Source: Methanoregula sp.
GTDB taxonomy: Archaea > Halobacteriota > Methanomicrobia > Methanomicrobiales > Methanospirillaceae
Length of the DNA stretch: 64,000 nucleotides
Assembly (NCBI GenBank): GCA_039698055.1
Contig: JBDKTL010000021.1
Coordinates: 66,837 to 130,836, forward strand
Direction: 5' to 3'
The notes under the pieces were generated by a model that saw nothing but the letters and a program-made list of their open reading frames with translations, was not told the DNA's origin and ran no database searches. The first letter of the stretch is position 1; the number at the start of each line of letters is the position of its first letter. Shown one piece after another: positions 53,267 to 62,994 of this stretch. The position numbers and the translations under genes are program-made.

Positions 53267-53369
53267 AAGTGGTTGAGAGAACGCCCGTGCCCGGCAGGGA
53301 AAGAACACACCGGATATCGTGTACGAAGACCTCTGCTTTGACTGCGAACAGGCAGCAAAAAAAAGCAGC
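53264..53369 (+). pseudogene. HEPN gene remnant
   Basis: EKWLR / ARARQGKNTPDIVYEDLCFDCEQAAKKS matches SRAKLGKENPEIFYEDLCFDCQQAGEKS of the HEPN at 2698-3081. Confidence 0.78.
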
Positions 53370-53371
53370 AC

Positions 53372-54163
53372 TTACTTCGTATAATACGCCGCGTCCACCA
53401 GCGCTTTCCAGTATTCATCGCACCCATCGGTGCAATATCCCCCGGCCATAACCTGATCCGGATCGAGATGCAAAAGTGCGTGCTTAACCGATCCCTCATC
53501 CGGGTCCATCACGATCAACTGGTGGAGTTCGTATTCGTTTGCCAGGTCAAAGACAATTTTCAGCTGCTCTTTTCCCACTGCAATCCGGCGCTGGTACTCC
53601 ATTAACGTTTCAAGACTGTTCCGGTCCGGCTTTTGCTGGAAGAAAAAAACCGTATGTGAAGCAAGCGATGAAACTGCTGCTTCATCCACCCGCTCACTGA
53701 TGAGGACATGCCCTTTAATACCGGCATCCCGCTGCGCCCGCATCAGATCGGCATATACGCAGTTGATCGCATCATACCACTCATCCTTGTCATTATAGTA
53801 GCAGTCCGTCATCCCAAGAGCGCCCGGCGCCGGCATCGCACACCAGACATGCTTTTTCTGTGCCACAAGCCTGCGGGCATCCTCGATGAGCGGTTGTGGA
53901 TCGACGTACAGATCGTCAACCACGCTCATATCCTTCATCCCCTTCACGCAGTCGAGAACCCGGTCCTTCGTGAACATGCCCCCGCCGCACGGCTCCGTGA
54001 TCCCAGCGGCACACTGCGGGGAGAGGGATTGTTCGAGGAGATATGCGTGCAGGTCGGCAGACTTCCCGCGATGGTGTGCCACCCAGTCCGCAAGCGCGGT
54101 AACGTCCGGCACGCCGGGCTCTGCGCCAAACGCCCGGGTTAACAGATTTACCCTCTTTGCCAT
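53372..54163 (-). CDS. Hypothetical protein, possibly distant methionine-synthase-like barrel
   Basis: 263-aa ORF with host-like codon usage, divergent from metG. Confidence 0.65.
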   Translation of the reverse strand: MAKRVNLLTRAFGAEPGVPDVTALADWVAHHRGKSADLHAYLLEQSLSPQCAAGITEPCGGGMFTKDRVLDCVKGMKDMSVVDDLYVDPQPLIEDARRLVAQKKHVWCAMPAPGALGMTDCYYNDKDEWYDAINCVYADLMRAQRDAGIKGHVLISERVDEAAVSSLASHTVFFFQQKPDRNSLETLMEYQRRIAVGKEQLKIVFDLANEYELHQLIVMDPDEGSVKHALLHLDPDQVMAGGYCTDGCDEYWKALVDAAYYTK

Positions 54164-54205
54164 GGTATATGAATTATTACGTATCAGCATCTAAAAAGTA
54201 CCACA

Positions 54206-56194
54206 ATGAATACGCCACCGCTGCTGGTTACCTGCGGGCTCCCGTACACAAACGGTCCCTGCCATCTTGGGCATCTGCGAACGTACGTCCCCGCCGACTG
54301 TTACGTCCGCTACATGCGGCGGACGGGTGAAGAGGTCGTATTTGTCTGCGGCTCGGACAACCACGGCACGCCGATTGTCGTATCTGCCGAAGAGCAGGGC
54401 ATCTCGCCCCGCGAACTCTCCGAGCGGTACCATAAGCATTTCGATGAGACCTTCAAACGCATGGAAGTCATGTTCGACCATTTCGGCATGACCGACGACC
54501 CGGCCAACCACCACAGGACACAGGCCATCGTGCAAAAACTCGAAAATAACGGCCACATCTACAAGCAGGTGGTACACCAGGCATACTGCACGAAATGCAA
54601 ACGGTTCCTCCCGGACCGTTACGTCGAGGGAATCTGTCCCCATTGCGGAAAACCGGCACGTGGCGATGAATGCGACCAGGGGTGCGGCAAACACCTCGAA
54701 CCCGGCGAGATCAAGAACCCGGTCTGCAAGGTCTGTGGTACCCGTGCGGAGTTCCGGGACCAGGAGCATTATTTCTTCCGGCTTTCGGCGTTCAAAGACT
54801 TCCTCCTGCCATACCTTGACACCCTGAAAGGAACCGGCACCGCAAAGAATTACGCAATCGGCTGGATCAGGGAAGATCTTCACGACTGGTGTATCACCCG
54901 CACGCTTGAGTGGGGCGTGAAATTCCCGGGCCGGAGCGATCTGGTCGTCTATGTCTGGGTCGATGCCCCCATCGGCTACATCGCGTTTACCGAGGAATGG
55001 GCAAAAAAATCCGGCAAAGACTGGAAACAGTACTGGTGCGGGGATAACCGGGTCACGCATTTTATCGGCGGCGACATCATCTACCACCACTGTATCTTCT
55101 GGCCGGCGCTCCTCAAAGGGGCAGGATATGGCGTGCCGTACGCAGTCGTCGCAAGCGGGATGGTGAAAGTCGACGACCATAAATTCTCAAAGTCCCGGGG
55201 ATACGTGGTCTGGACAAACGACGATTACCTTGACAAGGGGCTCTCGCCGGAGTATTTGCGGTATTACCTGCTTGCGTACACCAACCACACAAAGGAGCTC
55301 AACTTCTCGTGGAAGGTGTTCCAGGAGCGGATCAACAACGAGGTTGTCAATATATTCGGCAACTTTGTCTACCGCACGCTCTTTTTCGCCCACAAGGAAT
55401 TCGAGGGCGTGCCTGAGGGCAAAGCCGATGCGGCAACGATGGCCGAGATCCAGAAATGCCTTGATGCGGTCGATGCGGCAATGAAGAACTACGAGTTCAA
55501 GATCGCCGTGGACGCAGTCATGAGCCTTGCCGCGTTTGGCAATACCTACATCCAGACCAATGCGCCGTGGAAACTCATCAAGACCGACCGGGCGGCGGCA
55601 ACGCAGGTGATACGGAACTGCGTGCAGGTCGTAAAAGCTCTTGCTCTCCTGATCCAGCCGGTGATGCCCGAGAAGGCGCAGGAGTGCTGGGCGATGTTAG
55701 GCTACTTTGATTTTGTGGCAACCCATCCGGTGTCGGATGCCACCTATGATGTGCCCAATGTCTGTATCAAGCCACCCCACCCGCTCTTTGTAAAGATGGA
55801 AGATGCACAGGTGGCAGAACTGGACGCACTGCTCCAGAAGCGTGTCGCGGAGGCGAACAAAAAGATGGAAAAAACACCCGCCCTTACCATTGAGGATTTT
55901 GGAAAAGTCGAGATGAAGACCGGCAAAGTGCTCGCCGCAGAAGCGATCCCCAAGTCAAGCAAGCTGCTGAAATTGCAGGTCGATATCGGGGGAGAGACAC
56001 GCCAGATCGTGAGCGGCATCGCCCCGTTCTACAAACCTGAAGAACTGGTGGGAAAAGATGTGATCGTGCTGACCAACCTTGCCCCGGCAAAGATCTTCGG
56101 TGTCGAGAGCAACGGGATGATCCTTGCCGCGGGCGATGCGGCATCGCTGCTCACCCCGCTCAAACCCGTAGAACCGGGGACAAAGATCCGGTAA
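54206..56194 (+). CDS. metG: Methionine--tRNA ligase
   Basis: LPYTNGPCHLGH, zinc knuckles, YVWVDAPIGY, KFSKS, C-terminal tRNA-binding OB domain. Confidence 0.98.
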   Translation: MNTPPLLVTCGLPYTNGPCHLGHLRTYVPADCYVRYMRRTGEEVVFVCGSDNHGTPIVVSAEEQGISPRELSERYHKHFDETFKRMEVMFDHFGMTDDPANHHRTQAIVQKLENNGHIYKQVVHQAYCTKCKRFLPDRYVEGICPHCGKPARGDECDQGCGKHLEPGEIKNPVCKVCGTRAEFRDQEHYFFRLSAFKDFLLPYLDTLKGTGTAKNYAIGWIREDLHDWCITRTLEWGVKFPGRSDLVVYVWVDAPIGYIAFTEEWAKKSGKDWKQYWCGDNRVTHFIGGDIIYHHCIFWPALLKGAGYGVPYAVVASGMVKVDDHKFSKSRGYVVWTNDDYLDKGLSPEYLRYYLLAYTNHTKELNFSWKVFQERINNEVVNIFGNFVYRTLFFAHKEFEGVPEGKADAATMAEIQKCLDAVDAAMKNYEFKIAVDAVMSLAAFGNTYIQTNAPWKLIKTDRAAATQVIRNCVQVVKALALLIQPVMPEKAQECWAMLGYFDFVATHPVSDATYDVPNVCIKPPHPLFVKMEDAQVAELDALLQKRVAEANKKMEKTPALTIEDFGKVEMKTGKVLAAEAIPKSSKLLKLQVDIGGETRQIVSGIAPFYKPEELVGKDVIVLTNLAPAKIFGVESNGMILAAGDAASLLTPLKPVEPGTKIR

Positions 56195-56206
56195 CTTTTT
56201 TTTTTA
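56195..56206 (+). terminator. Oligo-T archaeal terminator after metG
   Basis: T-run immediately after the TAA. Confidence 0.55.
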
Positions 56207-56324
56207 GTTTGTTCACGCTCGGGCAGGGTGCTTTTTCAATTGTGGTTTCACCCTGCTGACAGGGATGGACGTGAGAACGGGTACTTCGGCGTGAAAGCCA
56301 GCCTGTGACAGCGGCGGGCGGACG

Positions 56325-57635
56325 CTAAAAACAGTGAAGGCACAAGGATTTTTTTTTAAACGATAGAACAACGCTGATACAAAACAATGCACCGATAACA
56401 CCCATGTATGATAGCGGGGTGGGTTTTGGTGTAGATGGCATTGCCACGGACGATGAGCTATTTGGATAACTGCTCTTTACCGGAATGTTTGGTTCATCGA
56501 TAAGGGTTGCATTGCCCCATTTGTTGAAGAAATATGTAGTATCGGACGTACTTGTCGCAAAATACCTGCCATTCCTTGCAACGGATATATGAAACACTGA
56601 CTTAAGCGTTCCAAAGTGCCAAAGTACATTTCCGGTTTTGTTAAAAATATACACTCCGTCCGCGGCGCCGGCAGCGATATGATTACCATCGTCAGAGATT
56701 CCTACACTAAGGATTCTAGAGTGATGTCCATAGTTCCAGAGGATGGAACCGGTCCTGTTCAATAAAATGACCGCGTTTTGTGATCCGGCAACGACATATT
56801 CTCCATTCCCTGACACCACAGCTTCCCTAATCTCCTGGCTGCTATTGAACTGCCACAGTAATGTCCCAATGCGATCAAATTCATAGATCTGCGAACCGGT
56901 CGCGCTTACGATGACCGTCCCGTCTGAAGATATTCCAACACTTTTAATGCTCTGTCTCGTTGAATAATTCCAGGCAATTGTCCCGTCTTTTTCAAACGCA
57001 TATATTCTGTTAGCTGGAGTCTGAGATCCGGCTACCTGTATTTTTTCCATAATTGTACCTCCGGCTACTGCATACGAACCATCGTCGGCAACAGCCAGAA
57101 CCCATGTTCTCCCCTGGGATTCATTTTGCCCGATAATGGTACCATTCCGGTCAAATGAATACAACCTCGGGCTTCCGGATGTATAGATCGAATTCCCGTC
57201 ATCCGATATAGCAATACGTTCCATTGTATAATCGTCAACATAATTCCAGAGAGCACTCCCGGTCCGGTTAAAAAAGAGAATTTCACCCTTGGCGTAAAAT
57301 GACGTTGCATCAGGATTGAGAAAAACTGCACCGACATAATCCCCGTTACCAGAGATCGTGATTGACCTGATCATTTTTCCGTCCCGCTGGACTGTCCAGA
57401 GGGTTTTTCCGGTCTGGTCATACATCCGGAGAATTCCTGTATCGGAACCTGAAACAACATATTTCCCATCCCCGGAACATTGGACGAGTACATCACGGTT
57501 TTCCCCTGTCTCGTTGGACCAGATGGGGGTAGTGAGCTGGACTGAATCTGAGATCAGACCGTGAACGGGAATAATAAAAACCGCTGATAAAACTAAAAAA
57601 CACATGAGAGGTTTTAACTGGATATTTTCCATCAC
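56325..57635 (-). CDS. Secreted WD40/PQQ-like beta-propeller with C-terminal membrane anchor
   Basis: Signal peptide; repeated ISxDGxY...FDRxGxxLW units; S/T/P linker, TM, basic tail. Confidence 0.85.
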   Translation of the reverse strand: MMENIQLKPLMCFLVLSAVFIIPVHGLISDSVQLTTPIWSNETGENRDVLVQCSGDGKYVVSGSDTGILRMYDQTGKTLWTVQRDGKMIRSITISGNGDYVGAVFLNPDATSFYAKGEILFFNRTGSALWNYVDDYTMERIAISDDGNSIYTSGSPRLYSFDRNGTIIGQNESQGRTWVLAVADDGSYAVAGGTIMEKIQVAGSQTPANRIYAFEKDGTIAWNYSTRQSIKSVGISSDGTVIVSATGSQIYEFDRIGTLLWQFNSSQEIREAVVSGNGEYVVAGSQNAVILLNRTGSILWNYGHHSRILSVGISDDGNHIAAGAADGVYIFNKTGNVLWHFGTLKSVFHISVARNGRYFATSTSDTTYFFNKWGNATLIDEPNIPVKSSYPNSSSSVAMPSTPKPTPLSYMGVIGALFCISVVLSFKKKSLCLHCF

Positions 57636-57729
57636 TTTAACTCACTTCCATCTAATCAACGTGTTCGATTTTATTATTGTTCATACCAGATATTCAACAG
57701 AAATAATTAAAAAATTGAGTGGAAGGATT

Positions 57730-59019
57730 TCATCGCACATAAATAAAATTATTGTATGTGAATCCCGGGCTTACATATTCCCAATAGATAGATCCATAAG
57801 AGGCCGGATCGTAGAATAAGAGATACCGGTTCCCACCGTCAACCATCCAGCCATTGCACGCTCTTGCGTGTGCTGTCGGTTGAACTCTTCCGATTTTTAA
57901 TGGTATGCGGTTATTTTCAATCTCATCCCGAGCCGCATCCCATGTGGCATCTTGGGAGGGACTATATATTGAGTTGTTTTTGCCCAATCCTCCGTCCGCC
58001 ACTGAAGGTCGGTAATACGCTAATTCCTTGTCGATAGTAGTTCCAGAAGGTGTAGGGGGATTCGTCGAATAATCGTAAGCTTGCATCTTATCAGCAATAT
58101 GATACTGACTCCAAGGAGGGCTCATGTACTTTGAAGAGATTATTTGTGCTGTTGCAACTCCACACCAATCGCTATAATATTGAGTGTAATGTGTCAAACC
58201 GGAAATGATTCGCATTCCATCATCAAGTAGTACTTTGGATTGGACGCTACTTGTTTTGGTTTTAGTAACAATATGAGTCAATTGCGAAACATCCATTTCC
58301 GAATAATTCTGCAGGAGTTCCGGGTTTTCTGAGAGCAAATTATTTTTCAATTCTTCATTCACAGCAGTTTGCTGTTCCCAAATCGCTATGTTTTGTTTCT
58401 TAACTTCAACCGGGATTTGATTGTAATACGAGGATACCTGAGTATCCATATTTTTCTCCGATCCATCTCTTGAATCGATAATTATGTCCTTCGACTCACC
58501 TGTCTTGACATTTTTCAAGGAAATCATCGAACCGAGAACAGGAAAGTCAAAACTCACGGTTTTCTCAGAGATTACCTGATACCCGGCATATTTTTCCTTT
58601 ATTGCTTTCTGGGAAAATATCTGCAGTTTTTCAAAAGTATCGGGTTCATTGATAGAACCAATTGCTATAACAGAGCCTCCAAGAACCTTACTTGCAGCTG
58701 CATAAATCTCACCAACCCTATCGCCATCTCTCTCAACTGAAAACAGGTAGAAAAGGCGTTCACCATTAACGTCATAGATTTCTTTAGGTATTGGATTGAT
58801 CTTTGCACCAACCCAATTAGCATCCAGTGCACCAGACTGGATCATGCTCAACATTGTAATCGTGGCCTGCTCTCGTGCAAGCTCTACGGGGATGTAATTT
58901 GATTCGATGAGCTTGTTGTCATTTGACAGACTCTGGAAATTATCTGTCGCACTCACCATCGGTACCATCGCTGCCAGCAGCAATGCGAGCAGGATAACAC
59001 TCCATTTGAAAAGTTTCAT
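57730..59019 (-). CDS. Secreted C39-like (papain-fold) cysteine peptidase with N-terminal propeptide
   Basis: Signal MKLFKWSVILLALLLAAMVPMVSA; Q..SDWCGVA (Cys), AHARA (His), FYDP (Asp). Confidence 0.75.
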   Translation of the reverse strand: MKLFKWSVILLALLLAAMVPMVSATDNFQSLSNDNKLIESNYIPVELAREQATITMLSMIQSGALDANWVGAKINPIPKEIYDVNGERLFYLFSVERDGDRVGEIYAAASKVLGGSVIAIGSINEPDTFEKLQIFSQKAIKEKYAGYQVISEKTVSFDFPVLGSMISLKNVKTGESKDIIIDSRDGSEKNMDTQVSSYYNQIPVEVKKQNIAIWEQQTAVNEELKNNLLSENPELLQNYSEMDVSQLTHIVTKTKTSSVQSKVLLDDGMRIISGLTHYTQYYSDWCGVATAQIISSKYMSPPWSQYHIADKMQAYDYSTNPPTPSGTTIDKELAYYRPSVADGGLGKNNSIYSPSQDATWDAARDEIENNRIPLKIGRVQPTAHARACNGWMVDGGNRYLLFYDPASYGSIYWEYVSPGFTYNNFIYVR

Positions 59020-59227
59020 TTGTTTTTACCTCCATTTTTTTCGATACGCTCCGCTCGCTGGCATAGGAAATCCGCATACGAACAAATATTCACGCCACCG
59101 GGCGTTTTTTCGGGGTCTCACTGGATGTGACTGGGTATAGGTGGGACCCCCCGAATACCACTACGGTACCCACACACCGGATTCAGTGAACTGGTGATAT
59201 ATGATTTCTGTCCATATCCTCGAACTG
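58948..59227 (-). repeat. Promoter + 5' leader + signal-peptide module, copy 1
   Basis: Aligns with 62918-63204 at high identity except a ~35-nt segment. Confidence 0.92.
59196..59227 (-). promoter_or_regulatory. Putative operator GTTC-N8-GGAC followed by BRE/TATA-like AGAAATCATATAT
   Basis: Minus strand cagttcgaggatatggacagaaatcatatatc; motif recurs twice at 63182-63228. Confidence 0.6.
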
Positions 59228-59366
59228 GAATTATCAGCGCGCCGGCCCACGGCAGCAACCACATGCTGTAACCGGCCAGAATCCGGCTCGGAAACTTTTT
59301 ACCTAGACCTGATTGGGAATGTCTCTCCCGGTTATTTCAGATTTCGTGAAAAAAAGGTTTTTGGAA

Positions 59367-60599
59367 TTATTTTTCCTGCCTTCCTTTAATCCAGATAATC
59401 ACGATGCAGCTGACTGCAAAGAAAATAAGCCCCGATGAAACCGGAGCAGATTTTGTCGTTGGTTGATTTGTTGAAGAAGTGTTGGAAGTGAAACTAATAG
59501 TGGTAATTCCGGGAGATGTGGAGTTATCAATAATCGTCGCATTCCCCCACCTGTTGAAGAAATAAACCTTATCTTTCGTTCCAACGGCGAAATAGTCCCC
59601 ATTTTTTGATGCCGCAACATGAACCGCCCCTTGATCGTAGTGCCAAAGCAGGTTTCCGGATTTGTCAAATAAACGAACTTGATCTGAAGAACCTGCAATA
59701 ATATAGTCTCCGTCGTCTGAAATTGCCACGCTATATACGTATCCCGGCTCCTGATTCTGCCAGAGAAGAGAACCAGTCTCGTTAAAAACCCGGAGATAAT
59801 ACTGTGAACCAGTTACAATGTATCTTCCATCTGGTGTAATGGCAACATCCCAGAATGGGGGACTGCTGGGAAAACTCCACCGGAGCGTCCCATTCCGGAA
59901 CACTGAGTAAAGATTGTAATCATCGATCCCGACAATCGAGCTCCCCTCGCTGGAAATTCCGACACCAACACCCTGATTCTTTGTAGAAAAATCCAGAACC
60001 TCAGAACCATTCCGGTCAATAACGAGGATTTTCCCTTTTCGAGTCTGCCAGCCGAGATCGACTGCGGCTGCACCGTACCTGCCATCGTCGGATATGGCAA
60101 CATCCCAGATCGCGCCCGGTTGAAGGACATTTCCAAGAAGATTACCGTTCGGATCGAACATACTAAGATTATCTTCCGATGAAGTTATCATGTAGCCATT
60201 ATCTGAAACAGCGGAACGGATTACGGTTGTAGTAGTATTATAGTTGAAGTGAAGTTTTCCATCGTGATCAAAAACCAAAACACTCCCTCCTGTAGTTCCG
60301 GAAATTGTTTCGCCGTCGCCGGAAATTGAGACCGAACTGAAAGAAGTGCCGGTTGTCGAATATGCCCAGATTATTTTCCCTGTATTGTCGTACAGTTGAA
60401 GATTCCCGGTATCGGACCCGGCAACAATAAATGACGCGTTATCCGAGCAAGCAACAAGAACCTTATCTTGTCCCAACGTTTTTGACCATATCGGAGAAGA
60501 AACATTCGTGGTGTCCAACGCAGACCCACTAATCGGGATGAGACCTGTTAAAATTATTAGAACAATTAATAAAAACTGGAAGTTTTTCTTTAGAGTCAA
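59367..60599 (-). CDS. Secreted WD40/PQQ-like beta-propeller with C-terminal membrane anchor (paralog of 56325-57635)
   Basis: Same repeats; shared GSDTGxL and YFFNxWGNATxID; TTG start. Confidence 0.85.
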   Translation of the reverse strand: MTLKKNFQFLLIVLIILTGLIPISGSALDTTNVSSPIWSKTLGQDKVLVACSDNASFIVAGSDTGNLQLYDNTGKIIWAYSTTGTSFSSVSISGDGETISGTTGGSVLVFDHDGKLHFNYNTTTTVIRSAVSDNGYMITSSEDNLSMFDPNGNLLGNVLQPGAIWDVAISDDGRYGAAAVDLGWQTRKGKILVIDRNGSEVLDFSTKNQGVGVGISSEGSSIVGIDDYNLYSVFRNGTLRWSFPSSPPFWDVAITPDGRYIVTGSQYYLRVFNETGSLLWQNQEPGYVYSVAISDDGDYIIAGSSDQVRLFDKSGNLLWHYDQGAVHVAASKNGDYFAVGTKDKVYFFNRWGNATIIDNSTSPGITTISFTSNTSSTNQPTTKSAPVSSGLIFFAVSCIVIIWIKGRQEK

Positions 60600-60861
60600 A
60601 TCGATCCCTCATTTTGCGTTTTGTAAAATAAAATATTTTTAAATTAATTTACCTTGCGTAGACATAATTATTGTAGGTTCCGGTGTACGTTTCCCTAAAA
60701 AGGATTAAGCTGATTGGGGTCGGGATCATTACTATAATCCATATTTGTATTCCACCAGAAAAAAAATTATTGCTGGATGTATGGTACCAACATCACAAGT
60801 TATCCACGCGGGTTTGAGCTTTTACAACGCTTTGGCATTTGTCCGGGGTGATATCTTACAT

Positions 60862-61995
60862 TCATCCGGAAAGAAGACTTCCCGAAGCGCTGTTCCATCC
60901 GTCAGCACCACCATAAATATTGGTTGAAATACTATCCTGGTATCCCTCCCTTCTCGGGTTAATCGACGATGAGATCATACGTGTTCCCTCAAGATATACA
61001 GTAATTGTTGTCTGCGAAGTGGGGACAGTATCGAATGCTGCATACATTTTTGATCCATAGACCGAACAATTCAACGGCATTTTTCCAATTAAATCCCGTT
61101 GATAATTCTTATCGCTGCACGATGATGGAGTTAGAGAAAATTTTGGCAATAACACCGGCTCATGATCCAGGGGAAATGAAGAATCAATCGAATTGCTTAC
61201 CGGAAAACGCTGGTACAGCCTGACAGGTTCCTCCACAACATCATAATTTTGTTTTTCAATGGTATCTGCAGTAATTTTTATCATCTTCCCGTTTTCAGTA
61301 TCCACGATTGATTGAGTATAGTTCATGAAATAGGGAGGAAAATTCCCATTAAGGTTTTCGATATTTGTGATATTTTGTGAAGGCCCAAGAGGGAAGGGCA
61401 CCATGAAGGTAACATTATACAAGGGAGCATCAGGATTGATTTCAATCAGATAGAGATAACTGTCGGTTTCTTTTTCATAACTGATGAAATTAATAAACAT
61501 GAAGAGTACAAAACAGAGAAAAACGCCGATTATCAATAATTGTATCATGAATGGTTTTTGCGTGAGAAATACAGGTCCTGTTTTTTCATTTCCAAGGATA
61601 GGTTTTTCTTTTCGTGTAAGGAGAGTTGCTCCAAATAAGATTACGGAGAGAATCAGGATAATCCAATAGATTGCAGGGGGGATTAATGCATCATTAAATT
61701 TTTGGGTGTTAAGGTATCCGTCGATAAAAAAAATCATCCCATATATGAGTACGATGATCTCATTTCCTTTCGTTATTTTATAAATACAATTCATCACAGA
61801 GACGGTGATCAGGAGAAAAACTATTGAAAATACCTGAGCCATCGTACCGTCGATTTTTTTTCCAAGGAAAAAAGCCTCAGGATTGAGAAAAAGAATGACA
61901 ATAGAGGACAACACGTTGATGATCAATAATCCTACGAGAAAGTACCGGGAAACTGCGCCGATTATTTCGATTGTATTCAGGGTTGATTTTTGAAT
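60862..61995 (-). CDS. Multi-pass membrane protein with large extracellular C-terminal domain; start uncertain (ATT 61995 or TTG 61926)
   Basis: About five TMs then PLYNVTFMVPFP domain; GGTGA RBS 6 nt before an in-frame ATT. Confidence 0.72.
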   Translation of the reverse strand: MQKSTLNTIEIIGAVSRYFLVGLLIINVLSSIVILFLNPEAFFLGKKIDGTMAQVFSIVFLLITVSVMNCIYKITKGNEIIVLIYGMIFFIDGYLNTQKFNDALIPPAIYWIILILSVILFGATLLTRKEKPILGNEKTGPVFLTQKPFMIQLLIIGVFLCFVLFMFINFISYEKETDSYLYLIEINPDAPLYNVTFMVPFPLGPSQNITNIENLNGNFPPYFMNYTQSIVDTENGKMIKITADTIEKQNYDVVEEPVRLYQRFPVSNSIDSSFPLDHEPVLLPKFSLTPSSCSDKNYQRDLIGKMPLNCSVYGSKMYAAFDTVPTSQTTITVYLEGTRMISSSINPRREGYQDSISTNIYGGADGWNSASGSLLSG

Positions 61996-62049
61996 GGTAT
62001 CTCACCTTCCTTCAAGCCTTCAAAAAAATTGAAAATTTATTTGTTTAAT

Positions 62050-62994
62050 TTATCCTGAAACCGTTGTTGTTGAGGGAGACATAAATGTTTTACCCATATT
62101 CCAGTTTCGATCTGAAGTATCCATTGCATGGTTCCAGACATTACTAACGAAGATCGTTGCTGTACTGGAATAGGGTCGGGTGAGATATCCATGACCCCAT
62201 AACAGACTCGCATATGTCCGGCCCTCGTCTCCGATATCTGAGAAGATTATCTGGTTATTTTGAACGTCAAAACTCTGGACATCATATAAGTGGCCATAGT
62301 TTTGTATTCTCCATAAATCATATGCTGCATCTGAAGCCGGATCCGATCTGTCTTCGTCATACCAGTACAATTCATAATGTACCCGAGTGGGATTTACATA
62401 GATGATGATTTGGTAAAGATTATTCTGGCCGTTTACAACATAGGGTAATAGAGCACCGTCTACCCCGGCTCCACCGGTAATGTCATGAGTTACCTGACTC
62501 CAGTGGCTGAGTGGATAGGGATTATATACCGAAGTAGCGGTGACATAGTTCTGGTATGTCTCACCGTTTTCAGTTACAATTTCCTTTGGAACAGGAGTGA
62601 GTATGATCCCGTCTTTTTCTTGTACTCCAGATTGTGCCTTTGTGGTGTCTCTATAGAGATTGTGAATGTGTTCCCTAACAAGAAGTAATTTAAAATCATC
62701 GATTTGTTCTTCCGGTATCTTTTTTCCAGTCGTGTTTTCCAAGACTGTAACAATTTGAGTTAGTTCCCGATCATATTTCTTTGCGAGTGTCTGGGCAGTT
62801 TCATCGAGAGTTTTGGATTGATCTTTGGTAATGTCTACAAACTCCGGGTTCACGATTGTTTTCGCTTCCTTGTCGATAGGTTGAAAGTACGCTTTGACCA
62901 TATTACTTTGATCGTCTGCACTCACCATCGGTACCATCGCCATCGCTGCCAGCAGCAATGCGAGCAGGATAACGCTCCATTTGAAAAGTTTCAT
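62050..62994 (-). CDS. Secreted protein of unknown function sharing its signal peptide with 57730-59019
   Basis: MKLFKWSVILLALLLAAMAMVPMVSA; mature part shows no visible similarity to the peptidase. Confidence 0.82.
   Translation of the reverse strand: MKLFKWSVILLALLLAAMAMVPMVSADDQSNMVKAYFQPIDKEAKTIVNPEFVDITKDQSKTLDETAQTLAKKYDRELTQIVTVLENTTGKKIPEEQIDDFKLLLVREHIHNLYRDTTKAQSGVQEKDGIILTPVPKEIVTENGETYQNYVTATSVYNPYPLSHWSQVTHDITGGAGVDGALLPYVVNGQNNLYQIIIYVNPTRVHYELYWYDEDRSDPASDAAYDLWRIQNYGHLYDVQSFDVQNNQIIFSDIGDEGRTYASLLWGHGYLTRPYSSTATIFVSNVWNHAMDTSDRNWNMGKTFMSPSTTTVSG

Noticed and set aside
56213-56320. Possible ncRNA after metG (gcagggtg/caccctgc stem)
   Set aside because: A single 8-bp stem between convergent genes with no second copy or recognisable family; insufficient support
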